From the sequence record OY723329.1: DNA of 8,399 bases, one strand, 5' to 3'. Positions 1 to 6,165 of the stretch are shown piece by piece. Position numbers and translations under genes: made by a program. Under the pieces are notes generated by a model. It made no database searches. It saw only the letters and a program-made list of their open reading frames with translations, and was not told where the DNA came from. Within the stretch, counting starts at the first letter, position 1. Every line of letters begins with the position of its first letter.

Positions 1-59
1 CCCCCTTTCAGACCCCCTAAATGGTGCCATTCCTCGAAGGATGGCCCTTAAGGGGTGCC

Positions 60-190
60 GGGAAGGGTACCTAAAGAGGTCCCAAAAGTGACCATTTTAG
101 GGGGTCCCAAAACGTGTTGCAAAGGGGTACCCCTTTGGTCACCAAAAGTGATGATTTTGGGGACACCAAATGGGTCGGAATGGGTACCTA
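60..190. repeat. A/T-cluster module (degenerate ~22-24-bp quasi-palindromic units)
   Basis: A3-4 or T3-4 tracts start at 73, 84, 95, 109, 121, 134, 144, 155 and 168, spaced 10-14 bp and separated by G+C-rich spacers. Example: ccaaaagtgatgattttgg. Confidence 0.8.
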
Positions 191-192
191 AT

Positions 193-319
193 GACAGGAT
201 ATGGCATACGGGATACCTGAGGAGATCACCTCCACAGGGAATGTCCCTCCGTGCATCCTGGGCTACCGAGAGGCCTACGGGGAGTATCCCCATATCCTCT
301 GAGAGCCATTATGACCATT
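193..319. repeat. 127-bp hairpin-rich module E, copy a
   Basis: Runs gacaggatatggcatacgggatacctgaggag...gagccattatgaccatt. It contains hairpins at 216-238, 236-248 and a nested 47-nt hairpin at 261-307. It is identical to copy e. Confidence 0.9.
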
Positions 320-366
320 ACGAGCATCCCGGAGAGCATATCTGAGGACCTGAAATCCATGGTTTT

Positions 367-445
367 GGGGTCTAAAATGATGATTTTAGAGGTCTCAAAA
401 TGATGGATTTGGGGTCTCAAATCATGAGATCCGGGGGTCTGGGGA
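367..445. repeat. 22-bp tandem repeat (about 3.5 units) with alternating A4/T4 tracts
   Basis: Units start at 367, 389, 411 and 433: ggggtctaaaatgatgatttta / gaggtctcaaaatgatggattt / ggggtctcaaatcatgagatccg / ggggtctgggg. A/T tracts start at 353, 363, 374, 384, 397, 408 and 419. Confidence 0.88.
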
Positions 446-476
446 TGCCATGGGTATGGGATCCAGGGATGCAGGG
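433..476 (+). other. Potential G-quadruplex motif (six G3-5 runs, loops 3-7 nt)
   Basis: G runs lie at 433-437, 441-444, 452-454, 458-460, 466-468 and 474-476. The loops are tct, atgccat, tat, atcca and atgca. Confidence 0.7.
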
Positions 477-713
477 ATCCGGAGACCATGAGGGCATGCA
501 GACCATATGCACTACATACCATGGTGTGTGTAGTAGGGATACAGACCACTATGGATACCATCACCATTAGATACATACTATGAGACCATATGCTGTGGGT
601 ATCGGATTAGGGGTCTGGGGATGTGCAGATCTGGAGACCATGAGCGGATCCGGAGACCATCAGATCATGAGATATGGGGTCCGGGGATGCTCGCGATGTA
701 TCTGAGGACCTGT

Positions 714-737
714 GCAGATAGGTATGCAGATAGGTAT
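714..737. repeat. 12-bp tandem duplication gcagataggtat x2
   Basis: 714-725 equals 726-737, and the same pair occurs at 5618-5641. A related gcagataggtactaaggactcgcaga recurs at 746-764 and 830-848. Confidence 0.85.
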
Positions 738-1140
738 AGGCATTAGGTACTAAGGACTCGCAGAGAGGTACTGAGGACATGCACAGAGGACATGGCACAG
801 AGGATACGGGCATACAGACCATGCAGATAGGTACTAAGGACTCGCAGACCATAGGTATTAGGTATCTGAGGACACGGATGCCATGATCTGAGGACCCCAA
901 GACCTCCAGAAATGGGGTATCTGAGGTATCCCGAGACCTCCCAAAATGGGTGTTTTGGACCCTAAATCACTCGTTTTGGGACCCTTTCTGGGTGCTCCCA
1001 GACCCCTCCCCAATACCATCCCTAAGGTGCTCCTAAGGGATTCGGGCCCGTACCCCTCAGATAGGGTATCCCAGAGGGTGTCGGATTGGGGGTCTGGAGG
1101 TGCTCGGAACCCCTAAATTGTGTGCCCTTAGTGTATAGTA

Positions 1141-1159
1141 ACACACGCGCGCGCGCGCG
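1141..1159. repeat. (AC)3(GC)7 alternating purine-pyrimidine microsatellite
   Basis: Reads acacacgcgcgcgcgcgcg, with (cg)x7 at 1146-1159. It is followed by gggcgg at 1162-1167. Confidence 0.95.
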
Positions 1160-1182
1160 AAGGGCGGATCCGAGTCAGGCAG

Positions 1183-1296
1183 AAAACGAATGCATCATTT
1201 TGGACCCTTTTGGAGACATTAGGGGTCTTAATGTGCACTTTCGCGACCCCAAAAGGCCCAAAAGTGCCTAAAATGGGTCATTTTATGCCCTTTTCG
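1183..1296. repeat. A/T-cluster module
   Basis: Tracts start at 1183, 1198, 1208, 1239, 1251, 1260, 1270, 1281 and 1291; the last five are spaced 9-11 bp. Confidence 0.75.
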
Positions 1297-1560
1297 GATG
1301 CACACAATGGGAATGCCATCGCCGGAGACCATATTCCTTACAGTGACCTTAGGAATATGAGTACGCGAAATCGGGGCAATTATGCCATTTACGGGTACCC
1401 CTAAAATGAGCACTTTTGGACCCCTTTTGGCACCCCTTGGATCCCTTAGTGTACTGGTGGCATGTGCATATCCCCTGATGCCTCTTTATCGAGGGAATGG
1501 GGATACCTGCATACCATACAGTATCTGTGTTACTAGTGGGTATCAGCACATCTCCTGAAA

Positions 1561-1579
1561 CATGTCATTTCGTGACATG
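1561..1579. other. Perfect 7-bp inverted repeat with 5-nt loop
   Basis: Reads catgtca-tttcg-tgacatg. It is conserved at 6430-6448. Confidence 0.8.
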
Positions 1580-2001
1580 ATCTAGTCGAGATGAGCGAAT
1601 CCACTACTATTGCATATCATGGTGTAATGAGCTATACAGAGTACTACAGGTATTGGGGGTATCCCTAATGGCAGCATATGCCCCATTAGAGGTATGCACC
1701 ATATCCCCTAGTATCCCTTACAGCACATACCATGTACAGGTACTCATTAGTAGTATAGAATGTGTATGTCATGACACCAAAACACATGTTTCGAGACATC
1801 TGAACACATGGTTTGCACGTATGATCATATACAGTATCTAGTGATACACAGGATACTAGTAGTATGCACGGAGGATATGAGGGGTACGGGATACCCCTAT
1901 ATCATAGCCTAACAGCATACACTACGAGTACTATGTATACCATGGATACTACATGTATACTACTACGGGTAGGTACTCATGAGCAGTATCATCATGTAAT
2001 T

Positions 2002-2510
2002 GCATGCATTTGATGACATGAAATGAGTAGGTATACACATCTAATGACAGGATATGGCATACGGGATACCTGAGGAGACCACCTCCACAGGGAATACCCT
2101 CTCTGCACATCCAGGCTACCGAGAGGCCTACGGGGAGTATCCCCATATCCTCTAAGAGCCATTATGGCCATTAGGGAGTATCCAGTAGTCACCAGATATC
2201 ATGATATTGCATGCATTTGATGACATGAAAACACATGATTTGATGACATGAAGTACTCATTATGAGTAGGTATACACATCTAATACCAGTAGTACTACAC
2301 CATACACACCATTAGTACCATGTATCCTATGGTATACAGTACATGGGGAGTACGGGTACCATACCACCATTGCAGAGGTGTATGGAGTACTATGAGTATC
2401 TAGAGAGTACTAGTAGTATCATGTATTGATACATCTAATGACATGAAACACATGGTTTGATGTATCTAATGATGTACTTAATGGACAGGTATACACATCG
2501 TATTAGTGCA
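2002..2510. repeat. 229-bp-family units, block A of macro-unit 1
   Basis: An E-bearing unit at 2002-2208 (head, E module 2046-2172, tail) is followed by a 219-bp diverged unit at 2209-2427. A degenerate partial unit then runs from 2428 to ~2510. All share gcatgcatttgatgacatga heads with the unit-2 array. Confidence 0.8.
2046..2172. repeat. Module E, copy b
   Basis: About 90% identical to copy a by eye, in the same orientation. It is bounded by ctaatg (2041-2046) and its reverse complement cattag (2169-2174). Confidence 0.9.
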
Positions 2511-2785
2511 TAGTGTCTCTACATGGTCTATACACTGCCATACAGGGAGTGAGGGACCAAGGGAGAGACTATGCACTAGTAGACGATAACGTGACCTTTA
2601 ACATTACTCTCTATACGTACATACATACACTTACACGAGCAGATAGACACATTGCTTAGTATCAGTGTATAGGATGGAGTAGAAGAGAAGAGGTGTATGT
2701 ACAAGGATAGCACTAGTACTATGGCATCCTAGATACTGTACTCTACCCATTGCACACGTAGACCATAGCATGATACCTACTATGT

Positions 2786-2821
2786 GCATGATACAGTGCA
2801 TGATACAGTGCATGGTACAAT
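2786..2821. repeat. 12-bp tandem repeat x3 (gcatgatacagt)
   Basis: Reads gcatgatacagt / gcatgatacagt / gcatggtacaat. Confidence 0.85.
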
Positions 2822-2944
2822 AGCGTGTACTAATGCATTGCAGCACGTAGAGTAGTAGTATGTACTGATACTCTGTACAGACACTGTAGTAGATACCATA
2901 CAGTACACATCTGCACATCTACTCATCATACCATGCAATGTATA

Positions 2945-2986
2945 CAATGGTGGTATGGAATACATGATGCAATGGTGGTATGGAAT
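2945..2986. repeat. 17-bp direct repeat caatggtggtatggaat x2, period 25
   Basis: Copies lie at 2945-2961 and 2970-2986. Confidence 0.85.
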
Positions 2987-3182
2987 GATGTAGTAGTATG
3001 AGTAGTACTATGAACAGATACACTACTATCTGCATGCACAGAATAGGTCATCCTCAGGGATAGCACCTTAACCCTGTACCATACCATACAGTGGTACTAT
3101 GGTGGTATGGCATGCATGTACTAGTAGTATGTAGTAGTATGTACTCATCATACCATCAGATCATGAGATCATGGCATCAAAT

Positions 3183-3447
3183 CATGACATCAAAACACAT
3201 GATTTCATGTACTCAATTACATGATTATGGTGGTATCCAGGACATCACCAGATCCCTTAGAGACCATGGGGATCACTACATATGCTATAAGGAGTACACA
3301 TGCTCTGCATGGTACCTATATCATAGGGTAGGGGCATCCCTCATGATACCTATGGAGACCATATCCTCTAGATACATGGTATGTGCACAGAGGATGGTGA
3401 CATGGTATGAGGTCCCCAAAAGGGTCCAAATACATGATTTGGGGTGT
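3183..3447. repeat. Module M (~265 bp), copy 1
   Basis: Runs catgacatcaaaacacatgattt...atgattatggtggtatccag...gatcactacatatgctataaggagtacacatgctctgcatggtacctatatcatagggtagggg...cacagaggatggtg. It aligns to 4242-4507 at offset ~1059 with roughly 19 differences. Confidence 0.85.
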
Positions 3448-3640
3448 CTAAAATGACCACTTTTGGCACCTTTCTGGAGGTACCAAAACGGGTGATTCAA
3501 TCCCCCAAAAGGGGTCCGCAAATCAAGCCCAGAAATGGTCATAAAAAGGGCTCGTGGGGGTACCCCCATGAGCACTTTTAGGACCCTAAAATGGGTGTTT
3601 TGGACCCCTAAAATGGTGTATTTAGACCCTTTCGGAGGGG
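3413..3640. repeat. A/T-cluster module present only in macro-unit 1
   Basis: Contains 22-23-bp units such as ttttaggaccctaaaatgggtg / ttttggacccctaaaatggtgta, related to 945-990 (aaaatgggtgttttggaccctaaa). Confidence 0.78.
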
Positions 3641-3669
3641 TACAGGCAACGAGTACTACTAGATACATA

Positions 3670-4230
3670 CCAGCAGACCATGTATCCTATGGTATATAGG
3701 ACATGGGGGCTACGGGTACCATTACACCATTACGGGAGTATATGGAGTACTATGGGTATCTAGAGGAGTCCCTGTAACACCAGATATCATGGTATTGGCA
3801 TGCATTTGATGACATGAAAACACATGATTTGATGACATGAAATGAGTAGGTATACACATCTAATGCCAGGATATGGCATACGGGATACCTGAGGAGACCA
3901 CCTCCACAGGGAATGTCCCTCTGTGCATACCAGGCTACCGAGAGGCCTACGGGGAGTATCCCCATACCTCTAAGGAGCCATTATGGCCATTAGGGAGTAT
4001 CCAGCACATCATTAGATACACGGAATATCATGTAATTGCATAGATTTGATGACATGAAATCATGTGTTTTGATGACATGAAGTACTCGATATGTACTCAT
4101 TATGGGTACCACTAACACTAGTACTACAGCATATCCGTACAAGGGGAACCATAAGGATCCGCCCTTGCAGGTATTTGGGTACTATATGATGTATAGAGGG
4201 TATCCAGTAGACACCAGATATCATGATATT
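3670..4230. repeat. 229-bp-family units, block B of macro-unit 1
   Basis: A partial unit tail at ~3670-3797 is followed by an E-bearing unit at 3798-4037 (E module 3865-3991). A 193-bp variant unit follows at 4038-4230 (= 7535-7727). Confidence 0.8.
3865..3991. repeat. Module E, copy c
   Basis: Runs gccaggatatggcatacgggatacctgaggagacc...ggagccattatggccatt, in the same orientation. It sits in the same slot of a 229-bp-family unit as copy b. Confidence 0.9.
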
Positions 4231-4241
4231 GCATGCATTTG

Positions 4242-4507
4242 ATGACATGAAAACACATGATTTGATGTACTCAGATTACATGATTATGGTGATATCCAGT
4301 ACATCACCAGATCCCTTAGACACCATGGGGATCACTACATATGCTATAAGGAGTACACATGCTCTGCATGGTACCTATATCATAGGGTAGGGGATATGCC
4401 CACGATACCTATGGAGACCACATCCTCTAGATACATGGTATGTGCACAGAGGATGGTGCCATGGTATGAGGACCCCAAATGGGTCGAAATACATGTTTTA
4501 GGGGTCC
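4242..4507. repeat. Module M, copy 2
   Basis: Paralogue of 3183-3447 (about 93% by eye) and near-identical partner of 7739-8003. Confidence 0.88.
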
Positions 4508-4554
4508 CAAAACATGTGTTGCGAGTAGGTATCGGCACGGGATTAGCACATCTA

Positions 4555-4666
4555 GGGCATTATGGAACCTGAGGAGATCACCTCCACAGGGAATGTCCCT
4601 CCGTGCATCCTGGGCTACCGAGAGGCCTACATGCAGTACCCCATATCCTCTAAGAGACCATTATGG
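4555..4666. repeat. Module E, copy d (5-prime part replaced, inner hairpin degraded)
   Basis: From cctgaggagatcacctccacagggaatgtccctccgtgcatcctgggctaccgagaggcctac it matches copy a. The first ~25 nt are replaced by gggcattatggaa, and ggggagtatcccc is replaced by atgcagtacccc. Confidence 0.85.
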
Positions 4667-4683
4667 AGGGTATTGGACAGGGC

Positions 4684-4790
4684 CCGAAACCCCCAAAATG
4701 AGTGATTTGGGGTGCTCAAAACCATCGATTTTGGTGGTTTTGGCATGCAAAAAGGGTCGAAAACACCTCTTTTAGCCCCTTTTGCACATG
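4684..4790. repeat. A/T-cluster module in the right arm
   Basis: Tracts start at 4687, 4695, 4706, 4718, 4729, 4738, 4749, 4760, 4770 and 4780, spaced 8-12 bp. Confidence 0.78.
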
Positions 4791-4882
4791 GGAACACCAC
4801 CCCATATACTAAGGGGGATCCTTCGAGGGATACAGAACCCCCGAAACCCCTTAAAGATGGTGTGTGAGTACTCATGCATGTA

Positions 4883-4925
4883 CCCTTTTAGCACCCTTTC
4901 TGACCCCCTTTCAGACCCCCTAAAT
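4883..4925. repeat. 11-13-bp T-tract mini-repeat spanning the macro-unit junction
   Basis: Reads cccttttagcac / cctttctgacc / ccctttcagacc / ccctaaatgg. T or A tracts start at 4886, 4897, 4909 and 4922. The 4903|4904 unit boundary falls inside it. Confidence 0.7.
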
Positions 4926-4962
4926 GGTGCCATTCCTCGAAGGATGGCCCTTAAGGGGTGCC

Positions 4963-5093
4963 GGGAAGGGTACCTAAAGAGGTCCCAAAAGTGACCATTT
5001 TAGGGGGTCCCAAAACGTGTTGCAAAGGGGTACCCCTTTGGTCACCAAAAGTGATGATTTTGGGGACACCAAATGGGTCGGAATGGGTACCTA
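4963..5093. repeat. A/T-cluster module, unit-2 copy of 60-190
   Basis: Identical at offset 4903. Confidence 0.8.
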
Positions 5094-5095
5094 AT

Positions 5096-5222
5096 GACAG
5101 GATATGGCATACGGGATACCTGAGGAGATCACCTCCACAGGGAATGTCCCTCCGTGCATCCTGGGCTACCGAGAGGCCTACGGGGAGTATCCCCATATCC
5201 TCTGAGAGCCATTATGACCATT
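5096..5222. repeat. Module E, copy e (unit-2 partner of copy a)
   Basis: Identical to 193-319 at offset 4903. Confidence 0.93.
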
Positions 5223-5269
5223 ACGAGCATCCCGGAGAGCATATCTGAGGACCTGAAATCCATGGTTTT

Positions 5270-5348
5270 GGGGTCTAAAATGATGATTTTAGAGGTCTCA
5301 AAATGATGGATTTGGGGTCTCAAATCATGAGATCCGGGGGTCTGGGGA
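5270..5348. repeat. 22-bp A4/T4 tandem repeat, unit-2 copy
   Basis: Identical to 367-445 at offset 4903. Confidence 0.88.
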
Positions 5349-5379
5349 TGCCATGGGTATGGGATCCAGGGATGCAGGG
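5336..5379 (+). other. Potential G-quadruplex motif, unit-2 copy
   Basis: Identical to 433-476 at offset 4903. Confidence 0.7.
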
Positions 5380-6009
5380 ATCCGGAGACCATGAGGGCAT
5401 GCAGACCATATGCACTACATACCATGGTGTGTGTAGTAGGGATACAGACCACTATGGATACCATCACCATTAGATACATACTATGAGACCATATGCTGTG
5501 GGTATCGGATTAGGGGTCTGGGGATGTGCAGATCTGGAGACCATGAGCGGATCCGGAGACCATCAGATCATGAGATCCGGGGGTCTGGAGATGCTCGCGA
5601 TGTATCTGAGGACCTGTGCAGATAGGTATGCAGATAGGTATAGGCATTAGGTACTAAGGACTCGCAGAGAGGTACTGAGGACATGCACAGAGGACATGGC
5701 ACAGAGGATACGGGCATACAGACCATGCAGATAGGTACTAAGGACTCGCAGACCATAGGTATTAGGTATCTGAGGACACGGATGCCATGATCTGAGGACC
5801 CCAAGACCTCCAGAAATGGGTGTTTTGGACCCTAAATCACTCGTTTGGGACCCTTTCTGGGTGCTCCCAGACCCCTCCCCAATACCATCCCTAAGGTGCT
5901 CCTAAGGGATTCGGGCCCGTACCCCTCAGATAGGGTATCCCAGAGGGTGTCGGATTGGGGGTCTGGAGGTGCTCGGAACCCCTAAATTGTGTGCCCTTAG
6001 TGTATAGTA

Positions 6010-6028
6010 ACACACGCGCGCGCGCGCG
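6010..6028. repeat. (AC)3(GC)7 microsatellite, unit-2 copy
   Basis: Same sequence and same repeat number at offset 4869. Confidence 0.95.
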
Positions 6029-6051
6029 AAGGGCGGATCCGAGTCAGGCAG

Positions 6052-6165
6052 AAAACGAATGCATCATTTTGGACCCTTTTGGAGACATTAGGGGTCTTAA
6101 TGTGCACTTTCGCGACCCCAAAAGGCCCAAAAGTGCCTAAAATGGGTCATTTTATGCCCTTTTCG
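6052..6165. repeat. A/T-cluster module, unit-2 copy of 1183-1296
   Basis: Identical ORF translations (1086..1271 = 5955..6140) at offset 4869. Confidence 0.75.

Larger units (their letters stand above)
1..2045. repeat. Left arm of macro-unit 1 (pairs with 4904-6923)
   Basis: The offset to the partner is 4903 up to ~673, 4904 up to 916, 4870 after a 34-bp indel (917-950), and 4869 after a T4/T3 indel at 974-977. Unit 2 has 9 extra bp after 2022. Only about ten substitutions were seen by eye. Confidence 0.93.
2511..3182. other. Unit-1-specific segment with no second copy in the window; non-coding and CATG/GTAC-rich
   Basis: I found no counterpart in unit 2 or elsewhere in unit 1. The only ORFs are 61-121 aa with Cys/Tyr/Val low-complexity translations. 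The word usage matches the 229-bp family. Confidence 0.65.
2046..4070. repeat. Composite variable core of macro-unit 1 (2,025 bp)
   Basis: Lies between the same flanks as 6924-7567 in unit 2. It contains two E modules, two blocks of 229-bp-family units, a window-unique segment, module M copy 1 and an A/T-cluster block. Confidence 0.85.
1..4903. repeat. Macro-repeat unit 1 (4,903 bp) of a two-copy head-to-tail tandem
   Basis: 1-2045 realigns to 4904-6923 and 4071-4903 to 7568-8399. ORF-track translations are identical at offset 4903 (48..293 = 4951..5196) and offset 3496 (4479..4775 = 7975..8271). The 4903|4904 junction (ccctttctga|ccccctttcag) is reproduced by window end plus window start. 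Confidence 0.95.
4071..4903. repeat. Right arm of macro-unit 1 (pairs with 7568-8399)
   Basis: The offset is 3497 up to the A-run at 4250-4253 (aaaa vs aaa), then 3496. Substitutions were seen only at 4393 (g/t) and 4601 (c/t). Confidence 0.93.

Noticed and set aside
193-319. Module E as a tRNA, tRNA-derived SINE or 5S rRNA: it is ~120 nt, has an end-pairing helix, and tggcatacggg resembles a Pol III box A.
   Set aside because: No cloverleaf can be drawn, because the loops are 3-5 nt rather than 7. There is no box B (ggttcgannCC) at the right distance. Comparison by eye of either strand with the eukaryotic 5S consensus gives only scattered short matches. It is kept as a structural repeat module, not an RNA gene call.
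48-345. A recurring peptide-like motif, P-K-[VMI]-x-[IT]-[LF]-G, in translations on both strands, which could suggest a repeat protein.
   Set aside because: It arises from the quasi-palindromic ~22-24-bp A/T-cluster DNA units, so both strands give the same type of peptide. The periodicity drifts (22, 22, 23 nt) and does not hold a frame.
959-965. Telomere-like words: ccctaaa (also near 18, 1111, 1399, 3584, 3604) and ccccaaaa/ttttgggg (for example 155-162, 363-370, 3413-3420).
   Set aside because: Each occurs singly, embedded in A/T-cluster units. There are no tandem telomeric arrays.
1162-1167. GGGCGG (GC box) next to the (CG)7 tract as a promoter.
   Set aside because: It is a single hexamer with no downstream gene, TATA/Inr context or transcript evidence. 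It is reported only as part of a CpG-dense patch.
2511-3182. The unit-1-specific segment as an inserted gene or transposon fragment.
   Set aside because: It has no meaningful ORF, the same CATG/GTAC word usage as the surrounding satellite, and internal micro-repeats only. It is most simply a diverged part of the repeat that is deleted from unit 2.
1590-3400. TA-rich, stop-rich sequence as a product of fungal repeat-induced point mutation (RIP).
   Set aside because: RIP depletes CpA/TpG, yet CATG, CACATG and TGTG words are extremely abundant here.
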